Shown: positions 1-9,809, numbered from the stretch's first letter. The stretch is DNA of 64,000 bases from an uncultured Alphaproteobacteria bacterium (GCA_942492295.1 CALODW010000005.1:1605214-1669213); one strand, 5' to 3'. The notes: generated by a model from the sequence alone, not told the origin. Translations and numbers: made by a program.

Positions 1-142
1 CCAGCGGGGCCTTGGTCGCAATAGCGAATTCATCAGGGGCGTTCTTGCCACCGCCCAGCGCCTTGCTGATGCCGCAGCCGGCGGTCATCAGCGAAATCGC
101 CGCCATGGCGAGCGCGAACCGCATCGCAGAAGCATTTATCAT
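1..142 (-). CDS. putative lipoprotein, 5' part only (runs off the window edge)
   Basis: Minus-strand ATG at 140-142 gives MINASAMRFALAMAAISLMTAGCGISK..., i.e. a signal peptide plus a lipobox (LMTAGC). It lies directly downstream of lspA on the same strand. The plus-strand ORF 12..197 was rejected in its favour. Confidence 0.35.
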   Translation of the reverse strand, partial: MINASAMRFALAMAAISLMTAGCGISKALGGGKNAPDEFAIATKAPL

Positions 143-225
143 CTTGTCACTCCAACTTATTTTCGGACGCCGCCCCGCCGAATGGGGCGCACTATAATCA
201 TGGGTCACCGCCCACGCAAAGCCGT

Positions 226-792
226 TTATGCCCCGTCTGACGCCTTGTCTTTTTTTGCGCCGGTTTCGGGGCCGTCGGCGGCGTCGCGGGTGAGCCAGGC
301 GTCCAGCAGTAGACAGGCGATGCCCACATTGATTGCGGTATCCGCCACATTGAACACCCAGGGGAAATTGAGGCCCGAAAAATCGAGAAAATCGACTACA
401 TAGCCGTAGGCGACCCGATCATAGAGGTTACCCAGCGCCCCACCGATAATTAAGGCGACGCCCGTGGCGGCGACCACCCGTTTCAAATTTCCAAGCCACG
501 CCACCAGCGCCGTGGCCACAACGAGGGAAATCAGCGACAGGATTACGCGCATGCCCGACAGCATACCGAAACTGGCGCCGCGATTCTCCACATAGCTGAG
601 GTCAAAAATCCCGGAGATTTCGATCTTGCCGAGCGCCGGCAGCCCGAGCCCGTGCACGATCCAGAGCTTTGACGCCTGATCGAGGGCGACGATAATTGCC
701 GCCCCAATGAGCCCACGCCAAAACAGTTTGTTCACGCGCGCGACGGCCCACCATTCCTTGATGCGGCTCATATATGTTCGCGTCGCGCTCAT
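226..792 (-). CDS. lspA: lipoprotein signal peptidase (signal peptidase II)
   Basis: A 188-aa multi-pass membrane protein with the conserved LspA motifs (DQxSK, NxGAAF-like, FNVAD). Its start overlaps the ileS stop, which is the classic ileS-lspA coupling. Confidence 0.9.
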   Translation of the reverse strand: MSATRTYMSRIKEWWAVARVNKLFWRGLIGAAIIVALDQASKLWIVHGLGLPALGKIEISGIFDLSYVENRGASFGMLSGMRVILSLISLVVATALVAWLGNLKRVVAATGVALIIGGALGNLYDRVAYGYVVDFLDFSGLNFPWVFNVADTAINVGIACLLLDAWLTRDAADGPETGAKKDKASDGA

Positions 793-3746
793 GCGCCCCT
801 CTTGTCTGCAACGTCCACTGCATCAGCGCATCGGCCGCAAAGATCGTCATGGGCTTTGTTGACGCCCACTTCGGGAAGGATACGCCAGCACCGGCGGCAT
901 TTATCGCCTTCCGCCTCAGACGGAACCACAGCAACGCTTTGCGCTTCGCCTTCAAGGCGGAAGGCGCTGTCCGGCGCTGGTTTGTTAGTCAGGGTCGCGC
1001 CGGAGGTGATGAACAGCTCTGCTGCATCGAGTCCCGCATACGCTTTCAGCAACTCCGCATCGGTCACATGAACCACTGGCGCAGCCTCAAGGCTGGCGCC
1101 AATGCGTTTTTCACGGCGCTCGACTTCGAGCGCGCCGGTCACCACACGGCGCACCTCGCGGATTTTCCGCCATTTGGCGCCGAGCGCGTCATCGCGCCAA
1201 CCAGCAGGCGTCTCCGGGAACTGCTGCAAATGCACTGAACCATCCGTAGACGGATAATGGGAAAGCCAGGCCTCTTCCATGGTGAACACGCAGACAGGCG
1301 CAAGCCATGTAACCAGCCGGTCAAACACTTCCGCCATCACCGTGCGGGCGGCGCGGCGGCGCATATCGTCCGGCCGGTCGCAATACAACGCGTCCTTGCG
1401 GACATCGAGATAAAACGCGGAAAGCTCAAGAGAGGCGAAGTCAGCGCATTTTCGCCAGACGCCTTTGAAATCAAACTTGCCGTATCCGGCGCGCACTTCC
1501 CCATCGAGCACCGCAAGGCGATGCAGCACATAGCGTTCAAGCTCCGGCATTTCCAACGGATCAACACGTTCAGCGTCAGAAAAATCCGCCAGCGCGCCCA
1601 ACAAGTAACGCAGCGTGTTTCTGAGCCTTCGATAGGCGTCTACTGCCGATCCGATGATTTCATTCGAGATGCGCAGATCTTCCGTGTAATCGGAGCTTGC
1701 GACCCAGATGCGGATGATCTCCGCGCCATATTGCTTGATGACCTCGTCCGGCGCCATGACATTGCCGATCGACTTCGACATTTTGCGCCCTTCACCGTCG
1801 ACAACGAAGCCGTTGGTGATGACATGATTGTAGGGCGCTCGCCCGCGCGTGCCACAGGCCTCCAACAGCGATGACTGGAACCAGCCGCGATGCTGGTCCG
1901 ATCCTTCGCAGTACACATCCGCCGGCCATGCAAGGTCGTCGCGCTCTTCAAGGCAGAACGCGTGGGTCGATCCGGAATCGAACCACACATCGAGAATATC
2001 TTCGATCTTGTCATAGTCGTCTGCGCTGTAGTCAGACCCGAGAAAATCCTGGCTACTGTTTTCGAACCACGCATCGGCGCCGCCCGCCTTGATGGCGTCG
2101 GTGATGCGTTTGTTGACGGCGTCGTCCACCAGAACATCGCCGGTTTCCTTGTGGGCGAAGATGGTGATAGGCACGCCCCAGGCGCGCTGGCGCGAAATCA
2201 GCCAGTCGGGCCGTCCCTCTACCATGGCGCGAATGCGATTGCGCCCGCCTGTAGGCGTAAAGCCCGTGGCGTCGATGGCGGCGAGGGCGTTCTCGCGCAG
2301 GGTTTTGCCGTTTGCCGTGGGTTTATCGAGGGCGATGAACCATTGCGGCGTGTTGCGGAAAATCACCGGCGCCTTTGAGCGCCATGAATGCGGATAAGAG
2401 TGCGTCAGGCGCCCACGCGCCAGCAGCTTGCCATGGGCGATGAGCTGTTCGATGACCGCCTTGTTGGCGCCGCCATCCTTGCCCTTTTTCTTGCCCTCGA
2501 TGACCAGCACCTGCTCGCCGATGAAGCCGGGGGCTTCGTCCGTGAAGGCGCCGAACTCATCCACCGTATGCGGAATTTCCGCCTGCGTACCGAAGGCGGA
2601 AACCCAGGCGATATAGTCTTCCTGACCATGGCCCGGCGCTGTATGCACAAAGCCCGTGCCCGCTTCGTCGGTGACGTGATCGCCCGCAAGCAGCGGCACC
2701 TCGAAATCGTAACCGCCGGAAAAACCTTTGAGGGGGTGATCACATAGCGCGTTTGCCAAAAATTCAGCCGGGACGTCCCGCACGCGTTTCCATTCCGCAA
2801 TCAGCCCGGCCTCGCGCACGCTGTCAGCAAGCGCGTCAGAAAGAATCAGCTTGTCACCGGGCTTTGACCAGGGCTCAAAATCGGTCTCCTTCATCGAGAC
2901 GACTTCATAAAGCCCGTAAGACATTTTTGGTCCGAAGCAGATCGCGCGGTTGCCGGGCATCGTCCATGGCGTCGTGGTCCAGATGACGACTGATGCACCT
3001 CCAACAAGGTCAGAGTGCTCAATCGCTGTACTTCCCGAGAATCCCTTGATTGGAAACTTCACCCAGATCGTCGTCGACTGGTGATCATGATATTCAATCT
3101 CGGCTTCGGCCAGTGCTGTCTGCTCCACCGGCGACCACATAACGGGCTTGGACCCGCGATAGAGAAGACCGAGCTCTGCGAACTTCAACAGCTCCCCGGC
3201 GATCTTCGCCTCTGACGCAAACGCCATGGTCGTGTACGGATCATCCCAGTCACCTTCGGGGCCGAGGCGTTTGAATTCCTCGCGCTGAATGTCGAGCCAT
3301 TTTTGCGCATAGTCGCGGCAGGCCTTACGGAATTCGGTTGTCGGCACGTCGCGCTTTTTACGGCCTTTTTCGGCGAACTCTTTTTCCACCTGCCATTCAA
3401 TGGGCAGGCCGTGACAATCCCAGCCGGGCACGAAATTGGCGTCATACCCCGCCATCTGTTTTGAGCGGACGATAAGGTCCTTCAACACTTTGGTCAGCGC
3501 CGTACCCATATGGATGTGACCATTGGCGTAGGGCGGGCCGTCATGGAGAATGAATTTCTCCCGGCCCTTCGCCGCTTCGCGCAGGGCCTTGTACATGTTC
3601 ATCTCCGCCCAGCGGGCAAGGAGTTCCGGCTCGCGCTTCGGCAGCCCGGCGCGCATGGGAAAATCAGTTTGGGGTAGGAACAGCGTGTCTTTGTAATCGC
3701 GTCCCTTTTCCGAATTGGCGGAACCGCCATTCGATGCATCTGGCAT
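789..3746 (-). CDS. ileS: isoleucine--tRNA ligase
   Basis: Class I aminoacyl-tRNA synthetase with the HMGH and KMSKS signatures and an editing domain, about 985 aa. The start was trimmed to the ATG at 3746 (MPDASNGG...), since the longer ORF start adds 15 unlikely residues. A C-terminal zinc-finger CxxC pair is present. Confidence 0.95.
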   Translation of the reverse strand: MPDASNGGSANSEKGRDYKDTLFLPQTDFPMRAGLPKREPELLARWAEMNMYKALREAAKGREKFILHDGPPYANGHIHMGTALTKVLKDLIVRSKQMAGYDANFVPGWDCHGLPIEWQVEKEFAEKGRKKRDVPTTEFRKACRDYAQKWLDIQREEFKRLGPEGDWDDPYTTMAFASEAKIAGELLKFAELGLLYRGSKPVMWSPVEQTALAEAEIEYHDHQSTTIWVKFPIKGFSGSTAIEHSDLVGGASVVIWTTTPWTMPGNRAICFGPKMSYGLYEVVSMKETDFEPWSKPGDKLILSDALADSVREAGLIAEWKRVRDVPAEFLANALCDHPLKGFSGGYDFEVPLLAGDHVTDEAGTGFVHTAPGHGQEDYIAWVSAFGTQAEIPHTVDEFGAFTDEAPGFIGEQVLVIEGKKKGKDGGANKAVIEQLIAHGKLLARGRLTHSYPHSWRSKAPVIFRNTPQWFIALDKPTANGKTLRENALAAIDATGFTPTGGRNRIRAMVEGRPDWLISRQRAWGVPITIFAHKETGDVLVDDAVNKRITDAIKAGGADAWFENSSQDFLGSDYSADDYDKIEDILDVWFDSGSTHAFCLEERDDLAWPADVYCEGSDQHRGWFQSSLLEACGTRGRAPYNHVITNGFVVDGEGRKMSKSIGNVMAPDEVIKQYGAEIIRIWVASSDYTEDLRISNEIIGSAVDAYRRLRNTLRYLLGALADFSDAERVDPLEMPELERYVLHRLAVLDGEVRAGYGKFDFKGVWRKCADFASLELSAFYLDVRKDALYCDRPDDMRRRAARTVMAEVFDRLVTWLAPVCVFTMEEAWLSHYPSTDGSVHLQQFPETPAGWRDDALGAKWRKIREVRRVVTGALEVERREKRIGASLEAAPVVHVTDAELLKAYAGLDAAELFITSGATLTNKPAPDSAFRLEGEAQSVAVVPSEAEGDKCRRCWRILPEVGVNKAHDDLCGRCADAVDVADKRGA

Positions 3747-4357
3747 CGTCAAATCTCTTCTTTTGCAAAGGTTGTCTTTGGGGTGCAGCAAGGCCCGGTC
3801 CCGGGCGCCTTTGTCAAGCCTTGGAAAGGCTCGCCGCGCACCGACCCGGGCTAATAATTCGGCTGATAATTCGAATCGTGCCCGAAGAGATTATGAGGGT
3901 TTCAAAGGTCATGCGGGCTTCATATCAGGTGAAACGCTGCACGTCACGCGCGCGGGGTTTGAATATGCGGCGCGTTAGCCAAACCAATAGGGCCGCGGCG
4001 GCGCCTCGGCGCGCTGTGCTTCGGCCCCGTTGGGCGTGGAGAAACCCACGTCGAACAATGCGCGCGCTGACACCCGCCAGCCCACACAAATCCTCATCAC
4101 AATCACGCCCCGAACAACGCCGCGCGCTCCTGGATGGCGGAATCCTCAGATGATGAGTGAACAATCACTCATTCTTCGATATGCGGATTCGCCGCTACGC
4201 GGGCGCGGAGAGGGAGGAGTGCGTCCGCGTCAAGCGGGAAGCGTTTGATTGAGAGCGCTTGGGCGGCAATGGCGCGATGCAACGCGCGCGAATAATTCCC
4301 GCTTGATTGTTCCGAGTGAATATTGGGAGGTCCGAACAAGCGAACCCGCCAGCGCCG

Positions 4358-5134
4358 CTAAATCAGCTCCATCCGATAGACCCGCGTTTCGCTTGCTTCG
4401 CATGACATTGCGCGCGCCCAGCGTTCGCCGCCGCGCTGCGCCGTCACCGTCGCCGTCATCAGCACAGCGCCGCCGCGCGCCTCCACCGTATCCGGACGAT
4501 AGGGCGCAGAGATGACAAAGCCACGCTCGCCCAGCGCCGTTCTGGCGTGCCGCAGACAGGTCTCGTAGGCGGCTGCTGAAGAAACCCGAATAGGCTCAGG
4601 CCGAACGGCGGGTGCGCCGCCATCAAGCTCTTCTTCGTAAACGCCGTCATAGGCGCCGGCTTCAGCGTCGCTGTCATATTCTTCGTCGTAATACTCGTCC
4701 TCATAATAGTCATCATCATAGCCGCGACTGTCATAGCCGCGGTTATCATAACCACGGTCGTCATAGACATTGGCTGGACGCGCATAGCGGTCTTCATAAT
4801 AGCGCTCGCGCGCGTAACGCTCCCGCTCACGGTCTTCGGCGATCTCGTTGAGAATGATCGCGCCGCCGATGACGCCCAGCGCAATCGCTGCGGCTTTACC
4901 GCCTCCCCCGCCGTGACGGTGATGGCGCCGACCGTGTCCGCGATGATGGCCGCGATGGCTCTTGTATCCGGCGGCGTAATAGCCTCCGCCGTAATATCCG
5001 CTTGAATATCCGGCGCTCACATAACCGCCGCCCGCCGAAGCGGTAGCGCCCATGCCAAGCGCAACGGCCGCCGCGCTGGCGCCAAACACCGCCTTGCGAA
5101 GGCGCGAATTACGGGAAAGCTTTTCAATCATCAC
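4358..5134 (-). CDS. low-complexity envelope protein: signal peptide, Gly/Tyr-rich and His/Arg-rich tracts, one TM helix, an Asp/Tyr/Arg/Glu-rich tract, and a C-terminal globular domain
   Basis: A 258-aa ORF with an SD-like GAGG ahead of the ATG. There is an N-terminal signal-like segment and a central hydrophobic helix (AAAIALGVIGGAIILNEIA). Codon usage is consistent with host genes. No recognisable family. Confidence 0.6.
   Translation of the reverse strand: MMIEKLSRNSRLRKAVFGASAAAVALGMGATASAGGGYVSAGYSSGYYGGGYYAAGYKSHRGHHRGHGRRHHRHGGGGGKAAAIALGVIGGAIILNEIAEDRERERYARERYYEDRYARPANVYDDRGYDNRGYDSRGYDDDYYEDEYYDEEYDSDAEAGAYDGVYEEELDGGAPAVRPEPIRVSSAAAYETCLRHARTALGERGFVISAPYRPDTVEARGGAVLMTATVTAQRGGERWARAMSCEASETRVYRMELI
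4714..4772. repeat. short degenerate DNA direct repeats (tcatagccgcg / tcataaccacgg) encoding the (R-G-Y-D)n tract inside the 4358..5134 gene
   Basis: Repeated near-identical 11-12 nt units are visible in the sequence. They are coding, not intergenic. Confidence 0.5.
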
Positions 5135-5256
5135 ACAACCTCAACAAAGCGCCCACAGGCGGGGGGCGCACGATTCCTTCATAGTGATAGTTGCGGGCAA
5201 TCTTGTCGAGAATGTGGCGCGCCACCAGTGCCGTCCACACGCTTTCGCGAGCGAAA

Positions 5257-6153
5257 TTAACCAAGCAATGCGCGCGCTTTGACGCAATCCTCGGCAATTT
5301 GAGCCTTCAACGCGTCAAGACCGTCAAACTTCATCTCATCACGCATAAACGCAACGAAGGAAACTTCGATCTCTCGCCCGTAGAGGTCGCCATCGAAGTC
5401 AAACAGGAAGGTTTCCAGCAAAGGCACATCGGCGCCGACCGTCGGCCTGCGCCCATAATTGGAGACCGCATCGTAGACTTTGCCGTCGAGCGACACGCGG
5501 GTTGCGTAGACGCCCTCGCGCGGGGCGACGAGATCGCCCAGCAGCATGTTGGCGGTCGGAAAGCCAATCGTGCGCCCCACCTTGTTGCCAATCGCAACGC
5601 GCCCGCGCACGGACCAAGGCCGGCCCAGCATCTTCGTTGCTTCATCGACAGCGCCGCGCTGTAACGCGTCGCGCACGGCGCTTGATCCGAACTTGCCATC
5701 ACGCGCATCATCATCAAGCAATCCGACGAGCTTTACCGCCAGGCCCGCTTTGGCGCCAAGCGCTTCAAGTGCGGCGCCATCGCCGGCGCGCCCGGCGCCA
5801 AAATGAAAATCGGCGCCTGCGACGATCCCGTTTAAGGATAGCTGATTTTTCAAAACTTCCGAGACAAAATCTGCCGCTGTTTTTGTCGCCATCGTTTCGT
5901 CAAATGTCAGGACAAGGATTTCTTCAACACCGCACTCTTTCAGCAGTGCGTCCCGCTGCGCTGAGCTGGTCAACAAAAAAGGCGCGTCATCGGGGTGAAA
6001 ATAACGGCGCGGATGCGGCTCGAACAAAACGACCCCGAGCGCCGCTTCATGCTGACGAGCGAACTGCGCGGCTTCTTCCAGCAAGAACTGATGGCCGAGA
6101 TGCACGCCGTCAAAGTTGCCGATGGCGGCCACAATGTTTTTTGTCGCTACCAT
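5257..6153 (-). CDS. ribF: bifunctional riboflavin kinase / FMN adenylyltransferase
   Basis: The N-terminal nucleotidyltransferase motif GNFDGVHLGHQ and a C-terminal riboflavin kinase domain (PTANM..., GxRPTxG) are present. It sits upstream of ileS as in many bacteria. Confidence 0.92.
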   Translation of the reverse strand: MVATKNIVAAIGNFDGVHLGHQFLLEEAAQFARQHEAALGVVLFEPHPRRYFHPDDAPFLLTSSAQRDALLKECGVEEILVLTFDETMATKTAADFVSEVLKNQLSLNGIVAGADFHFGAGRAGDGAALEALGAKAGLAVKLVGLLDDDARDGKFGSSAVRDALQRGAVDEATKMLGRPWSVRGRVAIGNKVGRTIGFPTANMLLGDLVAPREGVYATRVSLDGKVYDAVSNYGRRPTVGADVPLLETFLFDFDGDLYGREIEVSFVAFMRDEMKFDGLDALKAQIAEDCVKARALLG

Positions 6154-6995
6154 TGCAGCCCTTCCGACACCGCCATGGCATGGGCGCCGGCCGCCGCCAG
6201 CGTCGCTGCAATCGCCGTCTCGCCCTTGTCGCCGGTATGCACGCCGCCGTCACCGGTAACGTAAAGCACATCAATCCCCTGAACATTCGCTCCCTTGATG
6301 TCGGTGTTCACGCCATCACCGATCGCCAGTATGCGCGACCGGGCAATATCGGGCCGGATCTTGCTGATCGCTTTATAGGCGACGTCATAGATCGGCGCGT
6401 GCGGTTTGCCGCCATAGACCACCTTGCCACCGAGCGTTTCATATATCTCGGCCAGCGCACCGGCGCACCAGATGATTTTGCCGCCCCAGTTCACAACGAT
6501 GTCGGGATTGGCGCACACCATAGGAAGGTTAAGTGACGCCGCCTGTATTAGCACATCGCGATAGTCCTCCGGACCTTCGCGATCATCGTTTTCCAATCCT
6601 GTACAGACAATAAATTGCGCGTCCCCAAGCGGCGCGAACTCAATCGCCAGCCCTTCAAACAACGGATCGTCCTTGGCGGGACCGAGCCGAAACGCCGGCG
6701 CTGGGAGATACGCCTCTATGGCCGCGCGCGTTGCATCGCCAGACGTCACCACCACGTCATAAGCCTCGCGCGGCAGGCCGATCTGATCGAGCTGCGCCGG
6801 AATAATTGAGGACGGGCGCGGCGCATTGGTCAGGATGACAACAGGCCCGCGATGTTTACGAAACTGAACCAGCGCCTCGCCGGCGCCCGGAAACAAATCA
6901 ACGCCGTTGTGAATGACGCCCCACGCATCACACAGCAACGCGTCATATTGAGAGGCGAGGTCTTTGATGGATGATATGAATGCAGGGCCTGTCAC
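6147..6995 (-). CDS. HAD-superfamily subfamily IIA hydrolase (TIGR01459-like)
   Basis: Carries the DAWGVIHNG motif (HAD motif I, DxxGV) and the later GDG..TDI motifs. Stop-start coupled to ribF. The start is uncertain: TTG at 7040, or GTG at 7004 or 6995. The shorter start was chosen to avoid overlap with the upstream ORF. Confidence 0.8.
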   Translation of the reverse strand: MTGPAFISSIKDLASQYDALLCDAWGVIHNGVDLFPGAGEALVQFRKHRGPVVILTNAPRPSSIIPAQLDQIGLPREAYDVVVTSGDATRAAIEAYLPAPAFRLGPAKDDPLFEGLAIEFAPLGDAQFIVCTGLENDDREGPEDYRDVLIQAASLNLPMVCANPDIVVNWGGKIIWCAGALAEIYETLGGKVVYGGKPHAPIYDVAYKAISKIRPDIARSRILAIGDGVNTDIKGANVQGIDVLYVTGDGGVHTGDKGETAIAATLAAAGAHAMAVSEGLQW

Positions 6996-7023
6996 AGAGA
7001 CCACGCCGATAAGGCCGATAGGC

Positions 7024-7443
7024 CTAACGGTCAAGCACAAGACGCCGCCGCAGCTTCACCATGGCGCTCTGGTCGTCATTTTTACACCAGCTTCGCGCTT
7101 CATCCACGTCCCGAAAAGTTCGGGCAGACCAACTCGTCTTGCTGATCAGCTCGACATAAGTCTCCAGCGCCTCGTCAAAGCGTCCATCAGGAACGACAAA
7201 TGCGACACGCACCCACGGCACCGAAAAGCTGGCGGCGCCGTCAATGGCTGCGCTCAAACGCTGATCAGGTTCCGGAAAATCCAACTGCGTAACGTCACGC
7301 AGGTCGACCAATTGATACTGCGCGTGATCGGAACGCGGATCACTGTAAAACGCCTGATCTGCTGCGCGCGCTTCATCAGGGGTTACATGACCAAAGTAGC
7401 GCCACTCAATGCCGCGATCCGCCCAATCTGTCTCATGGGGCAT
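7024..7443 (-). CDS. hypothetical protein (139 aa)
   Basis: ATG start at 7443, acidic/hydrophilic, in the gap between the EAL gene and the HAD gene on the same strand. No family recognised. Confidence 0.45.
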   Translation of the reverse strand: MPHETDWADRGIEWRYFGHVTPDEARAADQAFYSDPRSDHAQYQLVDLRDVTQLDFPEPDQRLSAAIDGAASFSVPWVRVAFVVPDGRFDEALETYVELISKTSWSARTFRDVDEARSWCKNDDQSAMVKLRRRLVLDR

Positions 7444-7453
7444 AGCATTCGTC

Positions 7454-8527
7454 CTATGACGCGACGGCGAGGTCCGCTTCTGGTTGAAGGTAACGGCTGG
7501 CGACTAATGGCGCGCCGAACAGGGCGCCTTGCCCATAGTCAATGCCGAGTTCCAATATGTGTGGAATTTGCGATTCAACTTCGACTTTCTCAACAATGAG
7601 ATCGATGTTGTTCCGGTGCAGGCTTTCTTTAAACGCCTTCACGCGCGCGCGGCCTTCCGCGCCCTTGGCGCTTTCGCTCAACAAAAGCGCGCTGGACGCC
7701 TTTACGAAACGGAAGTTCCTCTCTGAAAGAGACTGCCAGTTCAGATCGAACCGGCGAATATGATCGACCGAAAACGAAAAACCCCGCTTGGTGACGGCGT
7801 TCATGTTTTCTCTCACCCGCTCATGCATCATTTCTACCGCCGGATAGGTAAACTCGAAAACAATGCGCCTTGCGAGGTCTGCATTTGCGTCGAGATAGTC
7901 TGTGAACCGTGTAAAAAAGTCCTGGTCGAAAATCGTCGCCGGTGAGATGTTGCAGAAAATCTGATATTGTGAACTTGCCGGACCCAGCTGACGCAACGCC
8001 TGGACGGCGCGCAGCAGGATCATGTTGTCGATGACGCCAATACGGTTGGCCCGCTCAGCGGCCTCCAGATAATCACCCGGCTGCAGGATCGAGCCATCGC
8101 CCTGACGCAATCTTGAGAAGGCTTCAAAGCATCGAATCTTTCGCTGCGGCAGGCTGACAATCGGCTGCAGATAGAGATCAACCCGGTCATTTTCTATGGC
8201 GCTTTGCACGTCCGCAAGCCTTTCCGCGTCGCGCTGATCCACGTCTTTGACGGGCTCAAACTTCAGGCTTGGCAGAGACCTTTCCCTTGCGGGTTTTATT
8301 TTGCGGACGAGGCCGCGCAACATTTCAAGCTCTTGCTGCGCACGACTGAGGGCAAAGCTCGCGCGCGCATGCAGGATCAATGACACGACCAACCCGCTGG
8401 CGAGCCATATTTCAATGTCCGGTTTGAAGCCGGTGCGCACCGTCGCCAGCACAAGAAAGGCGCCGGCAATACCGGCGGCGAACAACACCAGCGCGTTATA
8501 TCGCGAGCTTTTCTGCCGTAAATTCAT
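7454..8527 (-). CDS. membrane-anchored EAL-domain protein (c-di-GMP phosphodiesterase family, possibly degenerate)
   Basis: Two N-terminal TM helices are followed by an EAL domain with an EAF variant of EALxR, an E-x-E motif and QG. The DDFGTGYSS-type motif is poorly conserved (VDHIRRF). Confidence 0.8.
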   Translation of the reverse strand: MNLRQKSSRYNALVLFAAGIAGAFLVLATVRTGFKPDIEIWLASGLVVSLILHARASFALSRAQQELEMLRGLVRKIKPARERSLPSLKFEPVKDVDQRDAERLADVQSAIENDRVDLYLQPIVSLPQRKIRCFEAFSRLRQGDGSILQPGDYLEAAERANRIGVIDNMILLRAVQALRQLGPASSQYQIFCNISPATIFDQDFFTRFTDYLDANADLARRIVFEFTYPAVEMMHERVRENMNAVTKRGFSFSVDHIRRFDLNWQSLSERNFRFVKASSALLLSESAKGAEGRARVKAFKESLHRNNIDLIVEKVEVESQIPHILELGIDYGQGALFGAPLVASRYLQPEADLAVAS

Positions 8528-8695
8528 CCCTACGCCCTATTCCAGAAATTCACTTCCAGACACCATGCTTTGCGGCGCGCCCTGGCCGACGCGCACACTG
8601 CAAAAGTTTTAGGAAAATTCTCTTTAAAAGCGCTTAAGAACACCGCCGCCGCGCTGCTGACGGTTATCACAACTGTACCATTTTGGTGCAAAAAA

Positions 8696-8726
8696 AGCCC
8701 GCCCGGCGACTGCCGGGCGGACTTTT
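8696..8726. terminator. Rho-independent terminator (bidirectional hairpin) downstream of the OmpA-family gene
   Basis: GC-rich stem ccgcccggc / gccgggcgg flanked by an A-run and a T-run. Confidence 0.6.
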
Positions 8727-8758
8727 AGAAACGTCAGTAGACCGTAGCGAAGATCGGT

Positions 8759-9427
8759 CTAGCTGTTGAACTGACTGTCGATCGGATCAATGACGATCTC
8801 AACCCGGCGGTTCGCGGCGCGGCCATAGTCAGTGCTGTTGTCAGCGATGGGGCGGGTTTCACCGAAACCGACCGACCGCAAACGCGCAGGAGAAACGCCC
8901 TGAGCAGCGATGTAGTTTGATACCGACAGAGCCCGCCGTTCAGACAAACGCTGGTTGTAATCTTCGGGTCCGGTTGAATCAGCATGGCCGTAAACGCTGA
9001 TGGTTGTCTTGTCGAACTCCTTGAAGACAACCGCCACAGAGTTCAGCGTCTCATAAAAGCCGGGATTGATGTCCGACTGATTGACCGCAAACGTAATGTC
9101 CGACGGCATCAACAAGATCAGGTTATCCCCGTCCCGCTGCACTTGAACGCCGCTGTTCAAAAGCCGCTCGCGCAGTTTCGCCTGCTGGCGGTCCTGATAA
9201 ACGCCGATTCCGACACCCGCCGCAGCGCCAATGGCAGCGCCGATGGCGGCGCCTTTGCCGGGCCTGCCGGCGATGGCGCCAGCGATCGCACCCGCTGCAG
9301 CGCCCGCCGCCGCGCCGCCGGCGCCGGAGGTTACGGTCCGGCTGGCGCGCCGCTCGCCGGTATAAGGGTTGGTTGAACAGCCGACAGCGAACAGGGCGAC
9401 TGTCGCCAGAATGATTGCTTTGCGCAT
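8759..9427 (-). CDS. OmpA-family lipoprotein (peptidoglycan-associated, OmpA C-terminal domain)
   Basis: Lipobox (LFAVGCS), a Gly/Ala-rich linker, and a C-terminal OmpA-like domain (NQRLSERRA.SV, RVEIV). The start was set at the internal ATG at 9427. Confidence 0.85.
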   Translation of the reverse strand: MRKAIILATVALFAVGCSTNPYTGERRASRTVTSGAGGAAAGAAAGAIAGAIAGRPGKGAAIGAAIGAAAGVGIGVYQDRQQAKLRERLLNSGVQVQRDGDNLILLMPSDITFAVNQSDINPGFYETLNSVAVVFKEFDKTTISVYGHADSTGPEDYNQRLSERRALSVSNYIAAQGVSPARLRSVGFGETRPIADNSTDYGRAANRRVEIVIDPIDSQFNS

Positions 9428-9673
9428 GGTTCGTGTTCCTTTCACGCGTTGCCCGGGTAATTTAAAATCGGTCATCGAAAACTCTTTCCTCTATCGCAGT
9501 GTCCGGCATGCAGGCTACCGCCGGATGACCACGGCAAGCAGCGCCGCCAATATGGAGCTATTGCGGTTCGGTCGGAATTAAAAACACGTAATTGCGGCGA
9601 AAGTTGCGCGGGGCAGTCCACAAAAAATTACCTTCCGGCAATGGATTTCAGGCCAAGCCGCGCCGCCTACCTC

Positions 9674-9702
9674 TTGACCCGCCGCCATGCGACGCCTAAA
9701 TC
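9674..9702 (+). promoter_or_regulatory. putative groESL heat-shock promoter (CTTG-N18-CCTAAAT, alphaproteobacterial RpoH-type; also reads as sigma70-like TTGACC -35)
   Basis: Spacing and sequence resemble the alphaproteobacterial sigma32 consensus CTTG-N17/18-CYTATNT. It lies immediately upstream of CIRCE. Confidence 0.45.
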
Positions 9703-9707
9703 CCCGC

Positions 9708-9734
9708 TAGCACTCACTTCTGTTGAGTGCTAGC
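9708..9734. promoter_or_regulatory. CIRCE element (HrcA operator) CTAGCACTC-N9-GAGTGCTAG
   Basis: A perfect 9-bp inverted repeat with a 9-nt spacer matching the CIRCE consensus TTAGCACTC-N9-GAGTGCTAA, about 75 nt upstream of groES. Confidence 0.88.
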
Positions 9735-9809
9735 GGAGCGAAACCGCTTTCCGCTTTGTGTTTAACCGGTTGTTTTTATTGAAAAACTCAGCCTAGGGAG
9801 ACCTTCATT

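Noticed and set aside
12-197. 61-aa plus-strand ORF at the window start
   Set aside because: The minus strand encodes a convincing lipoprotein N-terminus (signal peptide plus lipobox) over the same DNA.
1257-2378. Several 160-205-aa plus-strand ORFs inside ileS
   Set aside because: They are antisense to a strongly supported essential gene and have low-complexity composition.
5502-6536. 344-aa Arg-rich ORF on the plus strand
   Set aside because: It lies antisense to ribF and the HAD gene. The Arg/Ala-rich composition is typical of spurious frames in high-GC DNA, and there is no RBS.
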